Shown here piece by piece: positions 41,861 through 50,496 of a stretch of 64,000 nt of DNA. Below the pieces are notes generated by a model. It made no database searches. It was not told the DNA's origin and saw only the letters and a list, made by a program, of their open reading frames with translations. The position numbers and the translations under genes are program-made. This DNA comes from Verrucomicrobiota bacterium. GTDB lineage: Bacteria; Verrucomicrobiota; Verrucomicrobiia; Limisphaerales; PALSA-1396. Location of the stretch: the NCBI GenBank assembly GCA_016200005.1, contig JACQFP010000066.1, forward strand, positions 13,578 to 77,577, written 5' to 3'. Position 1 is the first letter of the stretch. Each line of letters starts with the position of its first letter.

Positions 41861-42871
41861 ATGGACCCTGACAAGCTGAACCAACTGCACATTCAAACGG
41901 AAGCCAAGAGCCGGCCGAAAAGTTTTTTCTGGGCGACTCTGCTCCTCGTCATTCTGGTCAGCGGTGCTGCCGTTTACTATGCCTGGCCCAAAAAGGACGA
42001 AGGCCGGCGCATCATCGGCGGGGCCACCAACAAGACAGCCACTGGTTCAGCAGCAAAAATGTCAGAAGCGAAATCGACGGAAACCCGAAGCCTCTCCAAA
42101 AACGATTCCGTCCTCACGGTCAGCGGTTACATCGTAAACCGCGAACGCATTGAACTGAGTCCGCGTTTCATGGGCGTCGTGAAATGGATCGGCGTCAAGA
42201 AAGGCGACGCCGTCACGAACGGGCAGGTGGTTGTGCTGCTGGACGACGCCGAGCAAAAAGCCCGGTTGCACGAAACGGAAGGAAGATTGGCCAACGCAAA
42301 GGTCGCCATCAACAAAGCGGAACTGGATTACGCGCGCGTCATCGAACTGGCCAAGACCAAAATCGAAACTAAAAAAGCCGAGGACGATGCACGCTTGCAA
42401 CTCGAATCCGCCCGCGCCGCGCTGAAGGAAACTGAAGGCAGTTACGAACTGGCCAAGACCTATCTCGATTGGACCGTGATTCGCGCGCCGATTGATGGCG
42501 TGGTCCTGGAGAAACTGGTTGATCCCAATGAATTGGTCGTGCCGCAAAGTTTTGGTGGCTTGCGCGGGCCGAGCACCGCCTTGATTGCCTTGGCCGACCC
42601 TAAAGATTTACAGGTTGAGATCGAATTGAACGAGGCGGACTTGTCCAAAATTTTCCTGAATCAATCGTGCCGCGTCAGCCCCGAGGCTTATCCCGACAAA
42701 GTGTATGGCGGTCATGTGGCCGAAATGGCGCCGGAAGCCAATCGACAGAAAGGGACGTTGCAAATCAAGGTGCAGATTCACGACCCGGACCATTTCCTCA
42801 CGCCCGAACTGAGCGCGAAGGTGGATTTTCTTGGCGGCAAGACCAACGTCAGCGAAGCGCTGAGGAAGTGA
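41861..42871 (+). CDS. HlyD/MacA-type periplasmic adaptor protein
   Basis: N-terminal TM, VVKWIGVKKGDAVTNGQVVVLLD lipoyl-like motif, coiled coil, VIRAPIDGVVLEK. Confidence 0.8.
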   Translation: MDPDKLNQLHIQTEAKSRPKSFFWATLLLVILVSGAAVYYAWPKKDEGRRIIGGATNKTATGSAAKMSEAKSTETRSLSKNDSVLTVSGYIVNRERIELSPRFMGVVKWIGVKKGDAVTNGQVVVLLDDAEQKARLHETEGRLANAKVAINKAELDYARVIELAKTKIETKKAEDDARLQLESARAALKETEGSYELAKTYLDWTVIRAPIDGVVLEKLVDPNELVVPQSFGGLRGPSTALIALADPKDLQVEIELNEADLSKIFLNQSCRVSPEAYPDKVYGGHVAEMAPEANRQKGTLQIKVQIHDPDHFLTPELSAKVDFLGGKTNVSEALRK

Positions 42872-42909
42872 GCGGAAACCATGGTCGATTTGCCGACCCT
42901 GCTCCTCCT

Positions 42910-42988
42910 AACCCACCCCTGACTCTCCCAAGAGGGCAACAATCCACTGTGCGCCGCTCCCCTCCTTGGAGGGGTTGGGGGGTGGGTT
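42910..42988. repeat. Nested hairpin repeat between convergent genes
   Basis: AACCCACCCC (42910-42919) pairs with GGGGTGGGTT (42979-42988). Inner hairpin CCCCTCC-TT-GGAGGGG (42959-42974). Confidence 0.7.
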
Positions 42989-43043
42989 CAGGTTAACAAC
43001 TCAAACTGAACTGTTCACGCTCGATCTATCGCGGTTGGCTGAC

Positions 43044-43571
43044 TCAGTGAGAAAACGCTTTGGCGGGAACCACTTCCTTGACGATGCCCTCGGCTTTCCA
43101 CGACAACACGCAGCCCGCGCCGCCATCGTTTTCATTTTCGTAATAGTCGATCTTGATGTCGTGATCGCCGGCCTTCAGTTCCACGCTGCCGGAAGTTTCC
43201 TGCATCTCATGCAAGCCGCCGTTCTCCACCACTTGCTTCCCGTCGATGAGCAACCGCGAGCCATCATCGGATTCAAGGTAGAAAGTGTATTTGCCGTCCT
43301 TGGGTATTTTGATTTTGCCCGTCCAGCGGATGGCGAAATGCGACTGCAACTTCGTGCCCGGAAACGTCATCTCGGTGCTGCGAAAGTTGATGTTTTTATC
43401 CACGCGCTTGAGCGTTGGCTTCTTGTCGGCGGGAATCGTCGGGAAATCTTCCACCGCTACACCCAAGTCGAAATATTCGCCGTTCAATCCCGGCTGCGGC
43501 TCATCCGCGGCGAATGTTTTCGTGACGTTCAACAGGCATAGCGCGAATAACAGTGTGAGAATTTTTTTCAT
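43044..43571 (-). CDS. Secreted PA14-domain protein
   Basis: GLNGEYF...FAIRWTGKIKIPKDGKYTFYLESDDGSRLLIDGKQVV...GDHDIKIDYYE. Confidence 0.85.
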   Translation of the reverse strand: MKKILTLLFALCLLNVTKTFAADEPQPGLNGEYFDLGVAVEDFPTIPADKKPTLKRVDKNINFRSTEMTFPGTKLQSHFAIRWTGKIKIPKDGKYTFYLESDDGSRLLIDGKQVVENGGLHEMQETSGSVELKAGDHDIKIDYYENENDGGAGCVLSWKAEGIVKEVVPAKAFSH

Positions 43572-43738
43572 AGGTTCTTTGGTTTGGTTGGCGATTTAAT
43601 CAAATTGATCTACGGCAGGATAGTTCCAAGCGGAGAGCCGTCAATATGCAAGTGGATTGGTTTCTCCCGCCCGCTCGAAGTATTCTGATTTGGCGACAAG
43701 GTTTCGTTAAACCTGAAATTCGAAATATAAAAGGGAGC

Positions 43739-43780
43739 GCGCCCGCCTCGGGCGCTGTTTTCCGCGCCCTCGCGGAAAAC
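43739..43780. other. Two adjacent GC-rich hairpins (terminator-like) in a divergent intergenic region
   Basis: GCGCCCG-CCT-CGGGCGC (43739-43755), then GTTTTCCGCG-CCCT-CGCGGAAAAC (43757-43780). T-rich tracts lie on both sides. Confidence 0.3.
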
Positions 43781-44027
43781 GTCTGGCGCAGGGGGTCTTC
43801 CAACATCTCGATGAGCGGCCACACGGCGGATGCCGGACGCGGGGGCGCGTCCAGCGACGCCCGGGGCGGGCGTGATCCCCAGCGTCGAACTTCGGGTTAA
43901 ATCTACCTCCACCGCCGCGTAACCCACGCTTGCGTTAGGCGCAAATCTTTCCACCATCCTGTCACACTGATAGAATTCAGAAAAAACGTTGTCGGAATTC
44001 GGCGTCGGTGGACGTTTAATAGATGAG

Positions 44028-45338
44028 ATGCAGGAAAAATCAGATGTCGAACTGCTGCGGGAATACACCGCCGGGGCCAACGAGGCCGCGTTCCGTGAGA
44101 TTGTCACCCGGCACGCGGACCTCGTCTATGCCTCGGCGTTGCGGCAGGTAAGCTCACCGGAGCTGGCGCGCGACATCGCCCAAACCGTTTTCTCCCATCT
44201 CGTGCGCAAAGCTCCGGCGCTGGGGAAGACCCTGGCAGACAATGCCTCACTCGTCGGCTGGCTTTACCGCACCACCCGCTACGAGGCGAACACGCAGATG
44301 CGGGACAACCGCCGGCGTCAGGCGCGCGAAAGGCAGGCTATGGAAAATTTCGATTCCAATTCCGAAACCGCGACCGAATGGGAACGGATCGCCCCCATGC
44401 TTGATGAAGCAATGGCCGACTTAAGCGACGAAGACCGCGACGCGCTGCTGCTGCGCTTCTTCAAGAACCATGATTTCCGCGCCATCGGCGTGACTCTCGG
44501 TGTGAGTGATGATGCCGCGCAGAAACGGGTCAGCCGCGCGCTGGAACGGCTGCGCGCCGAGTTCAACCGCCGGGGCGTGACCACCACCGCCGTCGCGCTT
44601 GCGACCGCAGTTTCCGCCAATGCGGTTGCCGTGGGACCGGCCGGTCTGGCCACCACACTTTCGACCGCCGCCCTTGCCGGAACCACGATCGCTATCAACA
44701 CAACTGCAACCGTAACCAAGGCCATCGTTATGACTACACTGCAAAAGACTTTGATCGCGGCAACCGTCGTTGCCGCCGTCGGCACGGGAATCAACGAAGC
44801 CCGCCAAGCTTCAACGTTGCGAAGCCAAGTTCAAACGCTCCAGCAACAACGCGCCCCAATCGCGGAGCAAATCCAGCAACTGACCAAAGACCGCGACGAC
44901 GCCAAACACCAACTCGCTGCGTCGCGCGACGAGAACGAACGCTTGAACCGCAACACCGCCGAACTGTTGCGGCTGCGCGGTCAGGTCGGAGTACTTCGGC
45001 AGGCGGAGCAGGAAAACGCTCGCCTGAAAGCGGAGAGAGACAATCTGGCGAAAAGGCTTCAGCAGGCATCAGGTACCACACAAGCCGGGATGCCCCTGGA
45101 TGTAATCTCATTCAAAGGGAATTCAATATTCACCGAGGCCGAGCTAGCGAGAATCCTTATTTCGAGAGTGGGAGAGACATTGGACCAGCAAAAGCTGGAT
45201 ACGGACGTCTTGGAGATTTCGAAGTTGTATCGGGGAGCTGGTTACCCCGCCATTCAAGTTCTTGCTGTGGAGAAGCCTGAAGAATCATCAGGAAGAACCA
45301 CGGTCACGTTTGTGGTGAAGGAAACGCCGCCGAAATGA
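44028..45338 (+). CDS. ECF-type sigma-70 factor fused to a TM region, a coiled coil and a POTRA-like C-terminal domain
   Basis: LLREYT...AFREIVTRHADLVYASALR (region 2), DRDALLLRFFKNHDFRAIGVTLGVSDDAAQKRVSRALERLR (region 4), Ala/Thr-rich hydrophobic segment, heptad-like segment, then VISFKGNSIFTEAELARIL...LDTDVLEISKLYRGAGYPAIQV...VTFVVKE. Confidence 0.8.
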   Translation: MQEKSDVELLREYTAGANEAAFREIVTRHADLVYASALRQVSSPELARDIAQTVFSHLVRKAPALGKTLADNASLVGWLYRTTRYEANTQMRDNRRRQARERQAMENFDSNSETATEWERIAPMLDEAMADLSDEDRDALLLRFFKNHDFRAIGVTLGVSDDAAQKRVSRALERLRAEFNRRGVTTTAVALATAVSANAVAVGPAGLATTLSTAALAGTTIAINTTATVTKAIVMTTLQKTLIAATVVAAVGTGINEARQASTLRSQVQTLQQQRAPIAEQIQQLTKDRDDAKHQLAASRDENERLNRNTAELLRLRGQVGVLRQAEQENARLKAERDNLAKRLQQASGTTQAGMPLDVISFKGNSIFTEAELARILISRVGETLDQQKLDTDVLEISKLYRGAGYPAIQVLAVEKPEESSGRTTVTFVVKETPPK

Positions 45339-45391
45339 GTCTTCTCCACCGCCGTATCTTACCCATTTGAAACACATCCGTATTCGGGCCT

Positions 45392-45631
45392 TTAGCCGAT
45401 CACGCAGATGCTGGTCACGTCGCTCCATTGGCCGACTTGTTCGTTGTTGAGGCGGTAGATGGCTTTGTATTTCCAGACCGCGCTCGTCCCGGCAGCAGGC
45501 AATGCTGCGGTGTCCAGATAATCGGGCACGGTGTCGATGGCCAGGCACGCGAACACGCCATCGCCGCGGTCCACGTGGATTTCGAGAATGTCCCTTCCGA
45601 ATGATCTCGTTGAACTGCGCTTGCATCTCAC
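45392..45631 (-). pseudogene. Possible remnant of an FN3-like domain gene
   Basis: ILEIHVDRGDGVFACLAIDTVPDYLDTAALPAAGTSAVWKYKAIYRLNNEQVGQWSDV. No credible N-terminal half, and it abuts the palindromic element at 45683..45770. Confidence 0.3.
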
Positions 45632-45682
45632 CTATTAAACGTCCGCGCCCCGCGTAATCCGACAAAGTATTTTCAAAAAGCA

Positions 45683-45770
45683 GCAGAGGACTGCCGCACT
45701 CCACGACGCTTCGCGCGGTTCGTGCGTCGCAGGCAATCGCTTTGCGTTCTGGAGTGCGGCAGTCCTCTGC
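45683..45770. repeat. Palindromic repeat with a perfect 21-bp inverted repeat (ECGSPL / GLPHS-type element)
   Basis: GCAGAGGACTGCCGCACTCCA (45683-45703) and TGGAGTGCGGCAGTCCTCTGC (45750-45770), separated by 46 nt. Confidence 0.85.
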
Positions 45771-45872
45771 CGCTATTGGCTGCGACCTGGGTTGCGTTGA
45801 CCGCCACTTCGTGTCTCACCTGTTTCCCGCCCGCTCGTTGACACTCCTCCATCAGCCGACTAGCCTCCGCGC

Positions 45873-47141
45873 ATGTCACGGTTGCCGTTCGAGTTGCTTT
45901 TGGCGCTGCGTTATTTGCGGCCCAAGCGGACGTTCGTCTCAATCATCACGCTCATCTCGATCATCGGCGTCATGCTCGGCGTCGCGGTCCTTATCATCGT
46001 CATCAGCGTGATGAGCGGGTTCGACCACGACTTGCGGGAAAAGGTTTTTGGCTTCAGCGCGCATCTGAAGATAACGGATCCCGGTAAAACGATGAAGAAC
46101 TACGCGCTGACGGCGAGCATCGTGGCTTCGAACCGCAACGTCAAAGGAGTGGCGCCATTCTGTCTCGAGCAGGTCATGGTGAAAACGCAGCCAGCTTCCG
46201 GCCAGGCACAGATCGCCGCCCCATACATTCGCGGTGTGGACCCGCAAACGGAAAACCGGGTGAGCCGTCTGCCGACGAGCATCGTCAAAGGCGAATTTGA
46301 CCTGAGCCACCACAGTTTGATTGTAGGAACTGTTTTTGCCGACCACATGAATTTGCGCGTGGGCGATCGTCTGCTGGTTTATTCGCCCGAAGATTTGCGG
46401 AAGATGGATGAGAGCCGCGGCAAGGAGAATGCCGTCGCGGTATTGCCAAATGAATATGACATCCGTGGCATTTTCGACGCAGGCTACTTCGAGTTCAACG
46501 CGTCCGTCGTCATCGCTTCGCTGGAAGATGCCCAGGAGCTTTACGATCTCGAAGACAGCGTCCACGGACTGCTCGTGGCGTTGGACGATCCTTTTCAAGC
46601 GCAGCGCGTGGCTGGCGAATTGCAACGCACGCTCGGCAGCGAATTGCGGGTGACGACCTGGATGGAGGACAGTCCGGTGATGATGGCCGTGATGGTGGAA
46701 AAAAACGTGATGCTCTACATCCTCTTCTTCATCGTGGTCGTCGCCGCCTTCGGCATCACGTGCACGCTCATCACCTTCATCGTGATGAAGACGCGGGAAA
46801 TCGGTTTGATGAAGGCGCTCGGCGCCACCAACCGACAAGTGATGTGGGTCTTCCTCGGGCAAAGTCTCATCGTCAGCGTGCTGGGCGTGGCGGCGGGTTT
46901 GGGAATGGGGATGTTGGCAATTTCATATCGCAACGAATTCCTGGGCCTGATGCGCAATCTCACCGGCTTCGAGCTTTTTCCGGCGTCAATTTATGGATTC
47001 AGCCAATTGCCCGCGCTCATTGTGCCCGGCGACATCGCGATCATTTGCGGCGGGTCTCTCTTGATCTGTCTGCTTGCAGCGGCGTTTCCGGCGCGGCACG
47101 CCAGCCGGCTGAATCCCGTGGAGGCCTTGCGTCATGAATGA
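45873..47141 (+). CDS. LolC/LolE-family (FtsX/MacB-type) ABC transporter permease
   Basis: PFELLLALRYLRPKRTFVSIITLISIIGVMLGVAVLIIVISVMSGF and the C-terminal FtsX motif MKALGAT. Confidence 0.85.
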   Translation: MSRLPFELLLALRYLRPKRTFVSIITLISIIGVMLGVAVLIIVISVMSGFDHDLREKVFGFSAHLKITDPGKTMKNYALTASIVASNRNVKGVAPFCLEQVMVKTQPASGQAQIAAPYIRGVDPQTENRVSRLPTSIVKGEFDLSHHSLIVGTVFADHMNLRVGDRLLVYSPEDLRKMDESRGKENAVAVLPNEYDIRGIFDAGYFEFNASVVIASLEDAQELYDLEDSVHGLLVALDDPFQAQRVAGELQRTLGSELRVTTWMEDSPVMMAVMVEKNVMLYILFFIVVVAAFGITCTLITFIVMKTREIGLMKALGATNRQVMWVFLGQSLIVSVLGVAAGLGMGMLAISYRNEFLGLMRNLTGFELFPASIYGFSQLPALIVPGDIAIICGGSLLICLLAAAFPARHASRLNPVEALRHE

Positions 47142-47808
47142 ACCACTCCTCTCGGCCCGCCAGGTCACCAAAACCTACGCGATGGGGAGGCGCACGCTCG
47201 AAGTGCTGCGCGGCGTGGACCTCGAAGTGTTGCGCGGCGATTTTCTCGCGCTGCGCGGCGCCTCCGGCGCGGGCAAGAGCACGCTGCTCCATTTATTCGG
47301 CGGACTGGACGTTCCGAACTCCGGAGAAATCTGGTTTGCCGGCGAAAATCTCGCGCGGCTTCCCGAGAGCGCCCAAACGCGGTTGCGCAACCTGAAAATT
47401 GGTTTCATTTTTCAGGCCTACCATCTCCTGTCGGAATTGGACGCGCTGGAAAACGTTTGCCTGCCCGCGCGCATGGCGCGCACGCCGGCGGCGGCGGTTG
47501 AAGCGCGTGGACGCGAACTGCTGGAGCACGTCGGATTGAAAGAACGAATGGAGCATCGTCCTTACGAACTGTCCGGCGGCGAACAACAACGCGTCGCCAT
47601 CGCGCGGGCAATGATCAACGCGCCGGATTTGATTCTCGCTGACGAGCCGACCGGCAATCTTGATTCGCATACTGGCGGTGAGATCATTGATTTGCTTTGC
47701 AAGTTGCATGAAGAGAAACACACAACCCTCATCATCGCCACGCACGATGGGCACGTCGCCGCCCGCGCGCCCAAAGTGGTGGAGTTGGTGGATGGCCAAA
47801 TCCAGTAG
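47134..47808 (+). CDS. lolD: Lipoprotein-releasing/MacB-type ABC transporter ATP-binding protein
   Basis: GASGAGKSTLLH, LSGGEQQRVAIARA, LILADEPTGNLD. Overlaps the permease by 8 nt. Confidence 0.85.
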   Translation: MNEPLLSARQVTKTYAMGRRTLEVLRGVDLEVLRGDFLALRGASGAGKSTLLHLFGGLDVPNSGEIWFAGENLARLPESAQTRLRNLKIGFIFQAYHLLSELDALENVCLPARMARTPAAAVEARGRELLEHVGLKERMEHRPYELSGGEQQRVAIARAMINAPDLILADEPTGNLDSHTGGEIIDLLCKLHEEKHTTLIIATHDGHVAARAPKVVELVDGQIQ

Positions 47809-47838
47809 ATCTTAACCGTAATGATCCAGACCGACGAA

Positions 47839-47984
47839 CCCCTCACCCTCACCCTCTCCCCATCGGATGGGGAGAGGGAACGCTTTCGCGCGTATGGACG
47901 ACACGCACCGTTCGGTGATTCGCCGCGACGTCGCCGGAGTTTCACCCTCTCCCCGTCGGACGGGGAGAGGGCCGGGGTGAGGGG
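47839..47984. repeat. Composite SPSDGER-type repeat: two inner hairpins between one pair of outer arms
   Basis: CCCCTCACCCTCA + CCCTCTCCCCATC-GGATGGGGAGAGGG (47852-47878) ... CCCTCTCCCCGTC-GGACGGGGAGAGGG (47945-47971) + GGGGTGAGGGG (47974-47984). Confidence 0.8.
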
Positions 47985-48017
47985 CGTATTCAACTCGATG
48001 GTTCCGGCTTAAATGCT

Positions 48018-48665
48018 ATGCCCACCGATTGGGAAGCCCGCTATCAGACCAACGACATGCCTTGGGAAAAGGGCGAGGCGTCGCCGGGACTGGTCGATTT
48101 TCTGGCGGCGCATCCAGCCCTCAAACGCGGCACGGTTTGTGTGCCCGGCTGCGGCACCGGCCACGATGTGCGCGCCTGGGCGCGCGCTGGTTTCACGGCG
48201 GTGGGTTACGATCTAGCGCCCAGCGCCATCCGGCTCTCCATCGAGCGCACCAAAGCGGCGGGATTATCGGCGCAATTTCAACTCGTCGATTTTCTGCGCG
48301 ACTCGCCCCGTGGAATAGGCGACGCATCAAGTTCTCTGCGTGCTGTTGCTGGTATTCCACGGGGCAAGCCGCCACAGTTGTTCGATTGGCTGTTTGAACA
48401 CACACTGTTTTGCGCGATTGATCCGAGTGAGCGCGACGAGTACGTGCGTGCCGTGCTGCGCTGGCTTAAACCCGATGGTCAATACCTGGCGGTGAATTAC
48501 CTGATTCCAGACAAGGACGGGCCGCCGTTTGGCACGACGCGGGAAGAATTGTGGCAACGATTCTCGCCGCACTTCGATCTGATGCAGGAATGGGTCCCCC
48601 GCTCGTATCCCAATCGCACCGGCTTGGAATTGATGCTGTGGTGGCGACGAAAGAAGTCAGCGTAA
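48018..48665 (+). CDS. SAM-dependent methyltransferase (thiopurine S-methyltransferase-like)
   Basis: WEARYQTNDMPWEKGEASP...VCVPGCGTGHDVRAWA..GF.AVGYDLAPSAI...LFCAIDPSERDEYV. Confidence 0.75.
   Translation: MPTDWEARYQTNDMPWEKGEASPGLVDFLAAHPALKRGTVCVPGCGTGHDVRAWARAGFTAVGYDLAPSAIRLSIERTKAAGLSAQFQLVDFLRDSPRGIGDASSSLRAVAGIPRGKPPQLFDWLFEHTLFCAIDPSERDEYVRAVLRWLKPDGQYLAVNYLIPDKDGPPFGTTREELWQRFSPHFDLMQEWVPRSYPNRTGLELMLWWRRKKSA
48301..48369. repeat. Family B palindromic element, copy 3 (intragenic, in frame)
   Basis: GCCCCGTGGAATA (48305-48317) and TATTCCACGGGGC (48353-48365), separated by 35 nt. Flanks GACTCG / AAGCC. Confidence 0.8.
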
Positions 48666-48718
48666 GCAGTTAGTGATTTACCCGCCGACGGCTGTATGCT
48701 AGGGTTTCATTGTTTTCC

Positions 48719-49471
48719 ATGAAAGCGCATCAACCATCGGCGAGTCGCACCACCTCGGGCGGTTTCACGTTAATCGAGTTGCTCGTCGTCATTGCCATCA
48801 TTGCGATTCTCGCCGGCCTGTTGCTACCGGCACTCGCGCGCGCGAAAGCCCAGGCGTTGAAAACCAAGTGCATCAGCAATCAGAAGCAAATCGGGGTCGC
48901 TTACAAACTATACGCCGATGATCACGATGGCTCGTATCCCGCTCACGACGGTTGGGCGTCGGTCGGCGGCAAGTTTTGGACGAATGCGAACGTGTCCGGC
49001 AACGCCGCTTATTACGGCGGGCGCGTGACTGAAACCAATCGTCCGTTGAACCAGTACATCGCCAACGTCGAGGTTTTTCACGACCCAGCCGACAATGGCG
49101 ATTTTCTCAATCCGCAAGTCAAGACCTGTTGGGAAGGCTGGGGCAACAGCTTCCTGGTCGAGTGGGCCGCTGATGCATTTCGGGTGAAGAAGATTACCGG
49201 CGATTCGAAGGCCACTCGCGGCAGCCCTGAGGCCACTCCGATCAAGGATTCAGAAATTGCCCGCAAACCAAGCAACAAGATCATCCAGGGCGACTGGCCG
49301 TGGCACGCGAATCGCGACGTTAATGCCAAGCAAACCATCTGGCATAATTTCAAAGGCAAGCGGTACGAAGACATGCTCTTTGGCGACAGTCACGTCGAAA
49401 GCTATACTTTTCCCAAGGCAATGGACACGTGGATTTCCGTTAACCCCGATCCGAACTTCAGTTGGTGGTAG
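48719..49471 (+). CDS. Protein with prepilin-type N-terminal cleavage/methylation domain
   Basis: [31 protein letters not shown]. Confidence 0.85.
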   Translation: MKAHQPSASRTTSGGFTLIELLVVIAIIAILAGLLLPALARAKAQALKTKCISNQKQIGVAYKLYADDHDGSYPAHDGWASVGGKFWTNANVSGNAAYYGGRVTETNRPLNQYIANVEVFHDPADNGDFLNPQVKTCWEGWGNSFLVEWAADAFRVKKITGDSKATRGSPEATPIKDSEIARKPSNKIIQGDWPWHANRDVNAKQTIWHNFKGKRYEDMLFGDSHVESYTFPKAMDTWISVNPDPNFSWW

Positions 49472-49552
49472 CCTGTGGTGCGGCTGCCAGAATAAAGTCG
49501 TGATTGGAAGTCGGCATGGCTGAATTTCCGTCGGCAGGCTACAATTTGAAGT

Positions 49553-50419
49553 GTGCAGAAGGCCATTTACAGCGTCCTGCTTTTGCTGCTGGGAATCGTG
49601 AGCGTCGGAGTCGCACATCGCATTCCTCCCGCGCGCGAGCCGGTCTATCAAGACAAACCATTGACCACATGGCTGGAGGATTTGAACAGCACGGCGCTAT
49701 ACACGCAGGATTCGGCGAAAGCGGCGATTCGCGAGATGGGGACAAACGCCGTGCCTTCGCTGACGGAAATGCTTAACGCCCATGATTCGCGTTTCAAATT
49801 GCTCTTGATGAAACTGGCTGCCAAGCAGTCGCTGATTCGAGTTCGTTTCCGGACGAAGGACGAAAGCCACCTGATGGCCATCAAAGGTTTTCGGGCAATC
49901 GGACCGCTGGCCCGGCCAGCCATCCCCCCGTTGATCGGTTTTCTCAACAATGCCGAAACCGCCAATGAAGCTGCGTACTCGCTCGTTGTCATTGACGAAA
50001 GCATTTTCCCGTTGACCCGTGCGACCACCAACCAGAACTATGAAGTTGCGGTGCGCTCCGCCGCCATCGCGCGACTGGCTTCCGGTCAATACGACGAACA
50101 AGCGGTGTTGGCCGTCCTCCTCAAAGCATTCGAGGACAAGAATCCTGAAATCAGTTCGCAAGCCGCGCGATCCTTGGGCTTACTCAAAAAAGAACCACGA
50201 CTTGTTGTGCCATCGCTCATCGAAAAACTGAGTAACGCGAACGCGAACGTTCGCCAAGAGTCGGCGTGGGCGCTCGGCAGATTCGGGGCAGAAGCGGCAA
50301 CGGCAATTCCGTCGCTTTTGAGAACGAGCGAGGATCAAGATCGCCAAGTCCGAAACGAGGCAATCAACGCGTTGAAGAAAATCGGGTCATCGGCGACCGC
50401 GAAGGCAGTTGGCGGATAG
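49553..50419 (+). CDS. HEAT-repeat protein
   Basis: GTG start and an N-terminal TM. Repeated ..VR..AA.ALG...A..AIP.L units. Confidence 0.75.
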   Translation: MQKAIYSVLLLLLGIVSVGVAHRIPPAREPVYQDKPLTTWLEDLNSTALYTQDSAKAAIREMGTNAVPSLTEMLNAHDSRFKLLLMKLAAKQSLIRVRFRTKDESHLMAIKGFRAIGPLARPAIPPLIGFLNNAETANEAAYSLVVIDESIFPLTRATTNQNYEVAVRSAAIARLASGQYDEQAVLAVLLKAFEDKNPEISSQAARSLGLLKKEPRLVVPSLIEKLSNANANVRQESAWALGRFGAEAATAIPSLLRTSEDQDRQVRNEAINALKKIGSSATAKAVGG

Positions 50420-50496
50420 AACCCGGCCAAGAAACGTTCCGAAAAAAAGCATGGTAGGACGCGCCGATTCATCGGAAAATCTAGTTTGACCGGCCA

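Noticed and set aside
43610-44107. 165-aa minus-strand ORF spanning the PA14/sigma intergenic region
   Set aside because: It runs through hairpin repeats and overlaps the sigma gene start. It has no motif and its composition is not protein-like.
45288-45942. ORFs 45288..45704 (MECGSPLLLF...) and 45673..45942 (...GLPHSRT...RQSSAAF)
   Set aside because: These are translations of the two arms of the 21-bp inverted-repeat element, not genes.
45939-46862. 307-aa minus-strand ORF
   Set aside because: It is antisense to the LolC/E-type permease and is Asp/His/Arg-rich.
47562-48012. ORFs reading ...LSPSDGER... on both strands, and a possible CRISPR
   Set aside because: These are artefacts of the palindromic hairpin repeats. 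There are only two irregularly spaced copies, and the repeats are self-complementary with no spacer-like periodicity, so this is not a CRISPR array.
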